Shown here: in pieces, positions 48,404 through 57,462 of the stretch | Layout: the number at the start of each line of letters is the position of its first letter | How positions within the stretch are numbered: position 1 is the first letter of the stretch | Assembly: GCA_964235615.1 (NCBI GenBank) | Contig: CAXSEE010000001.1 | Span: 200 to 64,199 of the forward strand | Reading direction: 5' to 3' | Origin: an uncultured Acetobacteraceae bacterium | Lineage (GTDB): Bacteria > Pseudomonadota > Alphaproteobacteria > Acetobacterales > Acetobacteraceae | DNA: 64,000 nucleotides | Notes under the pieces: model-generated | Databases searched by the model: none | What the model was told of the DNA's origin: nothing | Seen by the model: only the letters and a program-made list of their open reading frames with translations | Program-made: the position numbers and the translations under genes

Positions 48404-49425
48404 CCGGGTCAGGCCTCGGCCTGCGCATCTCGCTTCTGTGCGGTGGATTGATCGCAGCCAACGTTGCAGTCTGGGTCTGGGTGCTCGTTGCCTTTCACGC
48501 CTATCCGCTGCTGCTCGGAACGGCACTTCTGGCCTACGGGCTGGGACTGCGTCACGCGGTGGATGCCGATCATATAGCGGCCATCGACAACGTCATGCGG
48601 ACGCTGATGCAGTCCGGGCAGCGCCCTGTCGGCGTGGGACTGTTCTTTTCCCTTGGCCATTCGACCATCGTCGTGGCGGCTTCCATCGCCATCGCGGCTA
48701 CGGCCATGGCGTTCCGGTCACGCCTGGAAGTGTGGCACGACATCGGCGGGGTTGTCGGCACGCTGGTCTCGTCGGTGTTTCTCCTGGCCATCGCGGCGAT
48801 GAACATCGTCATCCTGCTGTCCGTGCGACGCAGCTTTCGCAGGCTGCGCCGGGGCGAGCCGGTCGAGGCAGGCGAGCTCGATCTGCTGCTGGCCGGCGGC
48901 GGACTGCTGTCGCGCATCTTCCGCCCGCTGTTCGGCAGGATTGCCCGAAGCTGGCAGATGTATCCGCTCGGCGTGCTGTTCGGGCTCGGTTTCGACACGG
49001 CGACCGAGGTCGGCCTGCTCGGCATCTCCGCGGCAGAAGCCTCGCACGGTCTGCCGATCTGGTCGATCCTGGCCTTTCCGGCCCTGTTCACCGTCGGCAT
49101 GTCGCTCGTCGACAGCATCGACAGCGTGCTCATGCTGGGCGTGTATGGCTGGGCCTTCGTCAAGCCGGTGCGAAAGCTCTACTACAATATGGTGATCACG
49201 CTGGTTTCCATCGTGGTCGCCGTGCTGATCGGCGGCATCGAGGCGCTCGGGTTGCTCGGGCAGCAATTCGCCTTGCACGGCCTGTTCTGGGACATGGTCG
49301 CCGCGCTGAACGACAACTTCGGCCTGATCGGCTACTGCGTCATCGCCGTCTTCGTTCTCGCCTGGGTGGGGGCTGCGATACTCTATCGCGCACGCGGCTA
49401 TGACCGGATCGAAGTGCAGATCTAG
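48391..49425 (+). CDS. High-affinity nickel/cobalt permease (NiCoT, HoxN/NixA family)
   Basis: GLRHAVDADHIAAID, FFSLGHST, GLGFDTATEV; multiple TM segments; overlaps the AKR end by 13 nt. Confidence 0.93.
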   Translation: MAGLAGSGLGLRISLLCGGLIAANVAVWVWVLVAFHAYPLLLGTALLAYGLGLRHAVDADHIAAIDNVMRTLMQSGQRPVGVGLFFSLGHSTIVVAASIAIAATAMAFRSRLEVWHDIGGVVGTLVSSVFLLAIAAMNIVILLSVRRSFRRLRRGEPVEAGELDLLLAGGGLLSRIFRPLFGRIARSWQMYPLGVLFGLGFDTATEVGLLGISAAEASHGLPIWSILAFPALFTVGMSLVDSIDSVLMLGVYGWAFVKPVRKLYYNMVITLVSIVVAVLIGGIEALGLLGQQFALHGLFWDMVAALNDNFGLIGYCVIAVFVLAWVGAAILYRARGYDRIEVQI

Positions 49426-50726
49426 GCTGGATCAGCCAGGGCCTGGTCGAGATCGGCCAGTATGTCGTCGATATGCTCGATGCCGATCGACAGCCGCACA
49501 TAGCCCGCAGAGACCCCGGTCGAGAGCTGCTCGTCCACGCTGAGCTGGGAATGCGTCGTGCTGGCGGGATGGATCGCCAGCGAACGCGCATCGCCGATAT
49601 TGGCGACATGGTAGAATAGCCGCAGCCGGTCGATGAAGGCGCGGCCTGCTTGCGCACCGCCCTTGAGCTCGAAGCCGAGCAGGCCCCCGCGTCCGCGCGT
49701 CAGATAGGTCTCGCTGCGCTGGCGCGCGATGCCGGCCGGATGATGCGACGGATGGATCACCCGCTGCACCTCGGGATGCCTGGCCAGGAAATTCGCCACC
49801 GCTTCGGCATTCTCGCTGTGGGCGCGCATGCGCAGCGGCAGCGTCTCGATCCCCTGCAGCAGCAAAAAGGCGTTGAATGGCGACAGGGCCGAGCCGAGGT
49901 CGCGCAGCAACGTGGTGCGGGCCTTGAGGATATAGGCGATCGGGCCCAGCGGTGCTGCGGCCTCGGTCCAGATCGCGCCGTGGTAGGAGGGTTCGGGCGT
50001 ATTCAGCGCCGGCTGGCGGTCCGGATACGCGGCCCAGTCGAAATTGCCGCCGTCGATGATCAGGCCGCCGATCGAGTTGCCGTGGCCGCCGAGATACTTG
50101 GTTGCCGAATAGACCACGATGGCGGCGCCATGGTCGAACGGGCGCACCAGCAGCGGGGCGGCGGTGTTGTCGACGATCAGCGGGATGCCCAGCGGCCGTC
50201 CGAGTGCGGCCACCTCGGCGATCGGGAAGCAGCGCAGTTTCGGGTTCGGCAGGGTCTCGGCATACCAGGCGCGGGTGCGCTCGTCGCTGGCGCGCGCGAA
50301 GGCCTCGGGATCCTCGGGATCGACGAAGTGGGTCTCGATGCCCTGGTCGCGCAAGGTGTTGGCGAACAGGTTCCAGGTGCCGCCATAGAGATCGGTCGAG
50401 GAGACGATGTTGTCGCCGGCGCGGGCCAGGTTCTGCACGCTGATCGCCGAGGCCGCCTGACCCGAAGCGAACGCCAGCCCCGCCACGCCGCCCTCCAGCG
50501 CCGCCACCCGCTTCTCCAGCACATCCGTCGTCGGGTTCATGATGCGCGTATAGATGTTGCCCAGCTTCTGCAGGCTGAACAGAGCCGCCGCCTGCTCGGT
50601 GCTCTCGAACTGATACGAGGTGGTCTGGTAGATCGGCACCGCCACGGCGCCGGTGGCCGGGTCCGCACGCCAGCCGGCATGCAGCGCCAATGTCTCGGAT
50701 TTGGGATTGCTGGAGGGCTCGGTCAT
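49422..50726 (-). CDS. metY: O-acetylhomoserine sulfhydrylase / aminocarboxypropyltransferase
   Basis: ETLALHAG, VPIYQTTSY, GNIYTRIMNPT, SATKYLGGHG, HVANIGDARSLAIHPASTTHSQL; ATG 50726. Confidence 0.92.
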   Translation of the reverse strand: MTEPSSNPKSETLALHAGWRADPATGAVAVPIYQTTSYQFESTEQAAALFSLQKLGNIYTRIMNPTTDVLEKRVAALEGGVAGLAFASGQAASAISVQNLARAGDNIVSSTDLYGGTWNLFANTLRDQGIETHFVDPEDPEAFARASDERTRAWYAETLPNPKLRCFPIAEVAALGRPLGIPLIVDNTAAPLLVRPFDHGAAIVVYSATKYLGGHGNSIGGLIIDGGNFDWAAYPDRQPALNTPEPSYHGAIWTEAAAPLGPIAYILKARTTLLRDLGSALSPFNAFLLLQGIETLPLRMRAHSENAEAVANFLARHPEVQRVIHPSHHPAGIARQRSETYLTRGRGGLLGFELKGGAQAGRAFIDRLRLFYHVANIGDARSLAIHPASTTHSQLSVDEQLSTGVSAGYVRLSIGIEHIDDILADLDQALADPA

Positions 50727-50863
50727 TGACCTCGGTCCTATGGGCTGGTGTTGCCGCGGCAGCGCTTGCGGGACGGGAGTGTGGATCTTGTCGCTGCGGA
50801 CATGCAAGTTACCGTATTCGCCGTGTCGCTCCCCGCCCGCGCCAGCCTGGCAGCCCGCTTCCA

Positions 50864-50899
50864 GGAAATCCAGAGCTTGGCGGAAACCCAGAGCTTGGC
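50864..50899. repeat. 18-bp tandem duplication in the metY / lipoprotein divergent intergenic region
   Basis: GGAAATCCAGAGCTTGGC followed by GGAAACCCAGAGCTTGGC (17/18 identical). Confidence 0.8.
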
Positions 50900-51020
50900 T
50901 CCTTCCGGCCGCCGCTGCTTACAATTCTTAAAAAACGACAGGTGGTTAAAACCGGGTGGCAGGCCCATGTCATGTCCGGCCGCCAGCCTCCTTGGTGGCG
51001 ATCCGAAACGAGCATGAGAA

Positions 51021-51752
51021 ATGTCGCATACCCGTAACGTCGTTCGCCTGACCTTTACCCTGCCGTTCCTGCTTGCCCTGGGCGCTTGCGTCACCCCGCC
51101 GCCGAGCGGGCCGAGCTTCACCGCCCTGCCTGCGGATGGCAAGACCTTCGATCGCTTCTCGGCCGAGGATAATTACTGCCGCCAGGCAGCGCTGAGCCGT
51201 AGCGGCTATTCGGGCAGCAGCGGCGCCAACTCTACCTTGGGCGGCGCTGGCGTTGGAACCCTGGTCGGAGCCGCCGGCGGAGCACTGCTTGGAGCAGCTG
51301 CGGGAAATCCTGGTATCGGTGCGGCGGCAGGAGCAGGGACCGGCCTGCTGTTCGGGTCGGCGATCGGCTCCAACAACGGCTCCTTCGATGAAGCGACCGT
51401 GCAGCATAACTACGATAGCACCTATGCCCAGTGCATAGCCTCATACGGCAACAAGGTGCCTTCCGCCGGACAGATCAGCTCCTATCCTGTCTCCTCCGGT
51501 TATGGCGGCTACGGCGGATATGGCGGTTACGGCGGCTATGGCGGCTACGGCTTCGGTTATGGCGGTTACTACCCGGGCTACGCGTTTGGCTACGGTTATC
51601 CGTTCTTCGGGCCCGGTTTCGGCTACGGCTTCGGCTTCGGTGGTTTCTATGGCCGTGGCTATGGCTATGGTCGTGGTTATGGCGGCGGCTACGGCGGCGG
51701 CTTCCATGGCGGCGGCTTCCATGGTGGTGGTGGAGGTGGTGGCCGCCGCTAG
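51021..51752 (+). CDS. Lipoprotein with glycine-zipper domain and Gly/Tyr/Phe-rich low-complexity tail
   Basis: Lipobox LGAC; GAGVGTLVGAAGGALLGAAAG zipper; (GYG)n and GGGFHGGGFH tail. Confidence 0.8.
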   Translation: MSHTRNVVRLTFTLPFLLALGACVTPPPSGPSFTALPADGKTFDRFSAEDNYCRQAALSRSGYSGSSGANSTLGGAGVGTLVGAAGGALLGAAAGNPGIGAAAGAGTGLLFGSAIGSNNGSFDEATVQHNYDSTYAQCIASYGNKVPSAGQISSYPVSSGYGGYGGYGGYGGYGGYGFGYGGYYPGYAFGYGYPFFGPGFGYGFGFGGFYGRGYGYGRGYGGGYGGGFHGGGFHGGGGGGGRR

Positions 51753-53053
51753 GCTCGGGACGCCGCGACCTCCGGATCCAGCATACGAAGGGCGAGGCTG
51801 AAGAAATCCTCGCCACCGAAATTGCCTGACTTCAGGGCGAGCGTTACACCGGGATGATGCCCCCCCAGTGTGTGCAGCACTGGCACTCCTGGTGCGATCG
51901 CCTCGCCGATCAGGAACGCTTCCAGGCCCAGGCGGTCGACCACGGCGCCGGAGGTCTCCCCGCCGGCGATGACCAGCCGGCTGACGCCGGCCGCGACCAG
52001 CGCCTCCGCGAGATCGGCAAATGCCTGCTCGATCGCATGACCGACGACGCCCGCACCGTGACGCTTCTGCAGCGCCCGCACCGTGTCCGGCGTGCCGCTG
52101 CTGGCGATCAGGACCGGTCCGGAGGACAGCCTCTCCCGCGCCCAGGCCAGTGCCGCCCCAACTTCATTGCCGTCGTCCAGCAGCTTCTCGACATCGAGCC
52201 GGAGGCACGGCATCTCCCGCTCCGCGACCGCGATCTGCCGCAACGTCATGGCCGAGCAACTGCCGGCCAGGATCGCCGCCCTGCCTCCTTGCGGCGGGGC
52301 CGGCCGCTCGACCGCGCTGGATGCGGCACGTGCGGCGCTTCGCGAAACCAGGGCGCGCGCCAGGCTCGAGCCGAGGCCGGACGCTCCGGTGGACAAAGGC
52401 ATGTCGAGTGCGGCTTCACCGATCGCGTCGAGATGGCGCGCGGCCACGGAGTCCGCGATCGCGGAACCCGCCCCCTTCGCGGCGGCCTCGGCGAGCGCCG
52501 CGCGCACGGCTTCAGCGCCGCGCTCGACCACGGCGAACGGCACCAGCGCCACCGGATGCGCGCTCTGCCGTCCCAGCACGCGGACCAGGCTGGAGTCGCG
52601 CATCGGGTTGAGCGGGTGGTCCTTCATCGGGCTCTCGTCGAGCGGCATGTCGCCGACGAACAGACGGCCCTGGAACACGGTCCGGTTGTTCTCGGGAAAT
52701 GACGGATTGACCAGCACGATGCCGCCGCCGGCACGCGCGCGCAGCGCGTCCAGCACCGGGCCGATATTGCCCGCATCGGTCGAGTCGAAGGTCGAGCAGA
52801 TCTTGAACAGGATGTGGGTGGCGCCGCGCGCGCGCAGCCATTGCTCGGCTTCCAGCGACAGCGTCACCGCCTGCGTGGCCGGGATCGAGCGGCTTTTCAG
52901 CGAGACGACGACGGCATCCGCCGCCGGGAGATCGAGGCTGTCCCGCGGCACGCCGATGGTCTGCACGGTGCGCAGGCCGTTCAGCGACAGCATGCTCGCG
53001 AGGTCCGACGCCCCGGTGTAATCATCGGCGATGCAGCCCAGCACGATCTTCAT
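51749..53053 (-). CDS. otnK: 3-oxo-tetronate kinase (four-carbon acid sugar kinase)
   Basis: LGCIADDYTGASD, KSRS, KICSTFDST..GNIGP, GGETSG, LKSGNFG. Confidence 0.92.
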   Translation of the reverse strand: MKIVLGCIADDYTGASDLASMLSLNGLRTVQTIGVPRDSLDLPAADAVVVSLKSRSIPATQAVTLSLEAEQWLRARGATHILFKICSTFDSTDAGNIGPVLDALRARAGGGIVLVNPSFPENNRTVFQGRLFVGDMPLDESPMKDHPLNPMRDSSLVRVLGRQSAHPVALVPFAVVERGAEAVRAALAEAAAKGAGSAIADSVAARHLDAIGEAALDMPLSTGASGLGSSLARALVSRSAARAASSAVERPAPPQGGRAAILAGSCSAMTLRQIAVAEREMPCLRLDVEKLLDDGNEVGAALAWARERLSSGPVLIASSGTPDTVRALQKRHGAGVVGHAIEQAFADLAEALVAAGVSRLVIAGGETSGAVVDRLGLEAFLIGEAIAPGVPVLHTLGGHHPGVTLALKSGNFGGEDFFSLALRMLDPEVAASRA

Positions 53054-53844
53054 GCGCGCGCTCCATCACCTGCGGCGGCAAACGGCTTGAACCAGCCGAG
53101 ACCGTCGAGCGTCGCGCCGCGCGGGCGGTATTCGCAGCCGACGAAGCCGGAATAACCCAGCCGGTCGAGCTCGTCGAACAGGAACGGCCAGTTCAGCTCC
53201 TCGCCGTCCGGCTCATTCCGGGCCGGCACGCTGGCCACCTGGATATGGCCGATGATCGGCATCATGCGGCGCAGGGCCATGCTCAGGTCGCCATGCATGA
53301 TCTGGCGATGGTAGAGGTCGAACTGCAGCTTGAGGTTCGGCAGTGCCAGCTCGTTGATGAGCTGCTCGGCTGCATCAAAGCTGTTGAGGAAATAGCCCGG
53401 CATGTCGCGGCCGTTGATCGGCTCCAGCACGAGGTCGATGTCATACTGCCGCAGCTCCCCAGCGCCATATTCGACCGCGTCGCGATAGGCGTTCCTCGCC
53501 GCCGGATCGTCCGCGGAGGCAATGCCCGCCATCATATGCAGCCGGCCAACGCCGGTGGCGGCGGCATATTCGAGCGCGCGCGATACACTCTGCTTCAGCT
53601 CTGCGGACCGCGCGGGCAGGGCGGCGACACCACGATCGCCGGCAGACCAGTTCCCCGGCGGCATGTTGAACAAGGCCACGGTGAGGTTGTTGCGCCGGAC
53701 CCGCTCGGCCACCCCCTCGGGAGACGCCTCGTAAGGAAACAGGAACTCGACCGCCTCGAATCCGGCGTCGGCTGCGGCATCGAAGCGGTCGAGAAAATCA
53801 TGCTCGTTGAACATCATCGTGAGGTTGGCGGCGAACTGGGGCAT
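53050..53844 (-). CDS. otnI: 2-oxo-tetronate isomerase (hydroxypyruvate isomerase family)
   Basis: MPQFAANLTMMF, EFLFPY, LEPINGRDMPGYF, FDLYH, GCEYRP. Confidence 0.88.
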   Translation of the reverse strand: MPQFAANLTMMFNEHDFLDRFDAAADAGFEAVEFLFPYEASPEGVAERVRRNNLTVALFNMPPGNWSAGDRGVAALPARSAELKQSVSRALEYAAATGVGRLHMMAGIASADDPAARNAYRDAVEYGAGELRQYDIDLVLEPINGRDMPGYFLNSFDAAEQLINELALPNLKLQFDLYHRQIMHGDLSMALRRMMPIIGHIQVASVPARNEPDGEELNWPFLFDELDRLGYSGFVGCEYRPRGATLDGLGWFKPFAAAGDGARA

Positions 53845-53847
53845 CGT

Positions 53848-54804
53848 TCAGGATCCTGGGGTCAAGTCGCCGGAAGGAAGCGACAATCCGGCGATCTGCG
53901 CATAGAGCCGCGCCACCGAGGCGTCGTCGTCCCGTCCCATCCCGGCCGCCGCGGTCATCAGGTACATCTGCAAGGCGGCACCGGCGATCGGTACCGGGAA
54001 CTGCGCCTCGCGGGCCATGTCGATGACGATGCCGAGATCCTTGGTGAAGATGTTGATCGCACTCTTCGGGCTGTAGTCGCCGTCGAGCACGTGGGGGATA
54101 CGGTTCTCGAACATCCAGCTATTGCCTGCGGACTTCGTGATGACTTCGTACACGCGCGCGAGATCGAGCCCTTGCCTCGCGGCGAACGCGATCGCCTCGC
54201 AGGCGGCGGCGATGTGCACCCCAGCCAGGAGCTGGTTCACCATCTTGAACGCCGCTCCTTGCCCCGCGTCCGGACCGAGCTCGTAGAGCGTGCCGGTCAT
54301 CGCATCCAGCGCTGGCCTGGCACGTTCGAAAGCGGCAGCGCTGCCGGATGCGAGCATCGTCAGCGTGCCATCGGCCGCGCGCGCCGCACCGCCGCTCATC
54401 GGCGCGTCGAGATACAGCCGGCCGGTAGCTCCAAGGCGCGCGGCGAGGGAGCGCGCCATGTCGGGTGACATCGTCGCCGACGAGATGAACACCGCCCCTT
54501 CCGGCATGACATCGGCGCAACCGCCGGCACCGAACAGCACGGCTTCGGTCTGGGACGCGTTCACCACCGCGGCGACCACCGCTTCCGCATCGCGTGCGGC
54601 CTCGGCCGGGGTTGCGGCAATGGTGCCTCCCGCTGCCGCCAGGCGTTCGGTCGCGGCGGGCGACACGTCGAAGCCGCTGACGGCAAAACCGCCGCGCAAC
54701 AACGACTGCGCCATGCCGAGACCCATCGAGCCGAGGCCGATCACCGCGGCGCGGCGCTTGCTGTCTGGCCGATCGGCCGGTTCGGTGCGATGCTGCTGCG
54801 TCAT
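53848..54804 (-). CDS. ltnD: L-threonate dehydrogenase (beta-hydroxyacid dehydrogenase family)
   Basis: GLGSMG, DAPMSGG, KMVNQLLAGVHI, AGNSWMFENR, IFTKDLGIV; clustered with otnIK. Confidence 0.88.
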   Translation of the reverse strand: MTQQHRTEPADRPDSKRRAAVIGLGSMGLGMAQSLLRGGFAVSGFDVSPAATERLAAAGGTIAATPAEAARDAEAVVAAVVNASQTEAVLFGAGGCADVMPEGAVFISSATMSPDMARSLAARLGATGRLYLDAPMSGGAARAADGTLTMLASGSAAAFERARPALDAMTGTLYELGPDAGQGAAFKMVNQLLAGVHIAAACEAIAFAARQGLDLARVYEVITKSAGNSWMFENRIPHVLDGDYSPKSAINIFTKDLGIVIDMAREAQFPVPIAGAALQMYLMTAAAGMGRDDDASVARLYAQIAGLSLPSGDLTPGS

Positions 54805-54848
54805 GCGGACTTCCTTCCTGGGGGGATGCTCAAGATGGGACGATCATC

Positions 54849-55514
54849 GTGACCGAGACCAAGCTTCGCGAACAGATCTGCATGTTCTCCCGTTCCCTGT
54901 TCGAGCGCGGGCTGACCGCCGGATCGTCCGGCAACATCAGCCTGCGTCTCGAGGATGGCGGCTGGCTGATGACGCCGACCAACGCCTCGCTCGGCTTTCT
55001 CGATCCGGCCAGGCTGTCGCGGCTCGATGCGCAAGGACAGCTCGTGTCCGGCGACCCGCCGAGCAAGGAGATCCCGCTGCACCAGGCTCTGTACGAGACA
55101 CGGGCAAAGGCCGGCGCGATCGTGCATCTGCATTCGGTGCATTCGGTGGCGGTGTCCATGCTGCCGGAGATCGACCAGGCCGACGTGCTGCCGCCGCTGA
55201 CCGCCTATTACGTCATGCGCGTCGGTGCCACCGCGCTGGTGCCGTACTATCGCCCGGGCGATCCCGCGGTCGCCGGCGCGATACGCGGTCTCGCCGGACG
55301 CTACTCCGCCGTGCTGCTGGCCAACCACGGACCGGTGGTGGCCGGCGCCACTTTGGAGGCGGCAATCTATGCCACCGAGGAACTGGAAGAGACCGCGCGG
55401 CTGTATCTGATGCTGCGCGGCCTCAATCCCCGCCAACTGACGCAGGCGCAGGTAGACGACCTGGTGACCCGTTTCGGGATCGAGTTGCCTGGTCATGACG
55501 GGGACAGCGCCTAG
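54849..55514 (+). CDS. otnC: 3-oxo-tetronate 4-phosphate decarboxylase (class II aldolase family)
   Basis: GSSGNIS, TPTNASLG, SKE, HLHS, LANHGPV, ELEETA; GTG start. Confidence 0.88.
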   Translation: MTETKLREQICMFSRSLFERGLTAGSSGNISLRLEDGGWLMTPTNASLGFLDPARLSRLDAQGQLVSGDPPSKEIPLHQALYETRAKAGAIVHLHSVHSVAVSMLPEIDQADVLPPLTAYYVMRVGATALVPYYRPGDPAVAGAIRGLAGRYSAVLLANHGPVVAGATLEAAIYATEELEETARLYLMLRGLNPRQLTQAQVDDLVTRFGIELPGHDGDSA

Positions 55515-56407
55515 CCGGAGGTTTTGACGTATTGGCGCCAGTTATGCTTCTCCTTGAAGTGAAGCATTTCCCGCACCTTCTTGTTCGACAGCAGCCCCTC
55601 ATACTCGCCAAGCTCGCCGCGCCCTGGGACATTGGGATAATAGCGGCGCAGCAGCTCGGCGGTCGGCAGGTCAGACGAGGTGTGGTCGTTGGCGGCGTTG
55701 AACACCTGGTAGCCGAGCCCGTCCGTCTCGATGCCGAGACGCACGATCTCGCCCAGGTCACGGGCGTCGATATAGCTCCAGGCGATCTTCTTGCGGAAGT
55801 CCGGCTTGGCGAACCAGCCAGGGAACAACGCATACTCGCTGGGCTCAACCACGTTGCCGATACGCAGCGCGTAGATGTCGGTGCCGTTGCGTAGCTGGAA
55901 GCCGCGCGCGGTGCGCTCGTTGCAGATCTTGGAGATGGCGTAGCTGTCCATCGGGTCGACCGGATATTCCTCGTCGAGCGGGAAATAATCCGGCTCGCGC
56001 GGGGTGTTGGCGAACACGACGCCGTAGGTGGTCTCGCTGGAGGCGATGATCACCTTCGGGATGCCGAACTTGGTCGCCGCGTCGAGCACGTTGTAGGTGC
56101 CCATCACGTTGATGCGATAGACCTCGTTGTCCGGCACGATCATGACGCGCGGAATGGCCGCGAAATGCACCACCGCGTCGATCTTCGGCGCGCGCAGGTC
56201 GGGGTCGAACTCATGCAGCCCGGTATAGGACGAGAATGCGTTGAACAGCTGGCCGGCATCGGTGATGTCGGTGATCAGCGTGCGCACCTTGGGATGGTCG
56301 AGCGGCTTCGTGTCGATGTTCAGGACATGGTAGCCCTGCTCCACCAGATATTGCACGACGTGACGTCCGGCCTTGCCGCTGCCGCCCGTGAACAGAATTT
56401 GCTTCAT
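55511..56407 (-). CDS. Extended SDR (NAD-dependent epimerase/dehydratase family)
   Basis: TGGSGKAG, VVHFAAIP, ASS, YxxxK (YAISK). Confidence 0.85.
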   Translation of the reverse strand: MKQILFTGGSGKAGRHVVQYLVEQGYHVLNIDTKPLDHPKVRTLITDITDAGQLFNAFSSYTGLHEFDPDLRAPKIDAVVHFAAIPRVMIVPDNEVYRINVMGTYNVLDAATKFGIPKVIIASSETTYGVVFANTPREPDYFPLDEEYPVDPMDSYAISKICNERTARGFQLRNGTDIYALRIGNVVEPSEYALFPGWFAKPDFRKKIAWSYIDARDLGEIVRLGIETDGLGYQVFNAANDHTSSDLPTAELLRRYYPNVPGRGELGEYEGLLSNKKVREMLHFKEKHNWRQYVKTSG

Positions 56408-56431
56408 GCGCTGGGTTCCTCTTTTCGCTGA

Positions 56432-57427
56432 TCAGAAGTGGTAGTTGTCGATGTTGGTCTTGTCGAACACCAGCGGCTCGCTGAACACGATCACCCGGTC
56501 CTTGGCGGTGAAGCTGCCGAGGTCGCCGGCGGTAAAGGTGCCGTCCGGCTGGATCGCATTGTTGGCCGCCAGCCGTGCCACATACATCACCAGCTCGCCT
56601 TCCTTGACCTCGTCCCAGAGCGGGCTCTCGCGGATGATGCCGGACTTCACGTACTGCCGGATCGAATCCGGATCGCTGCAGCCGGTGACGAAAACCTTCC
56701 CGGTCATGCCGAGTTTCTCGACCGCTGCCGCCGCGCCGACTTCGGCGGCACCATCCGGGGCAATGATGCCGGTCACCTGCGGGTTGGCCTGCAGGATGTT
56801 CAATCCGGCGGTCAGCGACTGTGACGGGCTGGACTGGCCATACTGGGTGGTGACGATCTTCATCTTCGGATAGGCGCTGGTCATGTAGGTCTTCAGCGCG
56901 CCGATCCACTCGTTCTGGATGGTCGCGTCCGGCGTCGAGGACAGGATCGCGACCTGTGCGTCCGGGCCGGTGTATTTGGCGACCGCGTCGACCAGAGCCT
57001 TGCCGTGTGCGGCATAGTTGGTGTTCTGGATGAAGAAGTCGCGGGCGTCGGCGGCGACGTCGCTGTCATACGACACCACCTTGATCCCCTGCTTGCGCGC
57101 GCGCCTCAGGGCAGGAGCGAGCTGGGTCGGGTTATTCGAGGTGGTGGTGATCACGTTGAAGCGGCGGGCGATCAGGCTGTTGAACACATCGACCTGCCCC
57201 TGCGCCGACGCCGTGACCGGTCCGGTGTAGAGAAAGTTGATGTTGAGCGACTTGGCAGCCGTCTGGGCGCCCTGCTCATTGGCCTTGAAGACCGACAGCC
57301 CGACCAGTTTCGGCACCATGGCAACCTTGATGGCCTTGCTGGTATCGATGTCTGCGGCATTGGCTGCGGCGACGCTGCCGAGCAGCAACGGCAACGCGGC
57401 GATGCCGGCTTTGGTAATCCTGTTCAT
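56432..57427 (-). CDS. Sugar ABC binding protein, LsrB/RhaS-like
   Basis: Signal peptide to ANA, MVPKLVG, GIKVVSYDSD, ILSSTPDATIQNEW, LWD; ATG 57427. Confidence 0.85.
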   Translation of the reverse strand: MNRITKAGIAALPLLLGSVAAANAADIDTSKAIKVAMVPKLVGLSVFKANEQGAQTAAKSLNINFLYTGPVTASAQGQVDVFNSLIARRFNVITTTSNNPTQLAPALRRARKQGIKVVSYDSDVAADARDFFIQNTNYAAHGKALVDAVAKYTGPDAQVAILSSTPDATIQNEWIGALKTYMTSAYPKMKIVTTQYGQSSPSQSLTAGLNILQANPQVTGIIAPDGAAEVGAAAAVEKLGMTGKVFVTGCSDPDSIRQYVKSGIIRESPLWDEVKEGELVMYVARLAANNAIQPDGTFTAGDLGSFTAKDRVIVFSEPLVFDKTNIDNYHF

Positions 57428-57462
57428 GGCTCCCGATCTTTTCTTCTGTTTGTGAAGGGTGA

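Noticed and set aside
50727-50820. Firm SAM-II riboswitch call upstream of metY
   Set aside because: A stem is present but the conserved GAUUU and GCUAAA elements are not, so it is kept only as a low-interest finding.
55511-56407. Naming the SDR denD (D-erythronate dehydrogenase) or galE
   Set aside because: Same broad family, but the sequence does not match what I recall of either closely enough.
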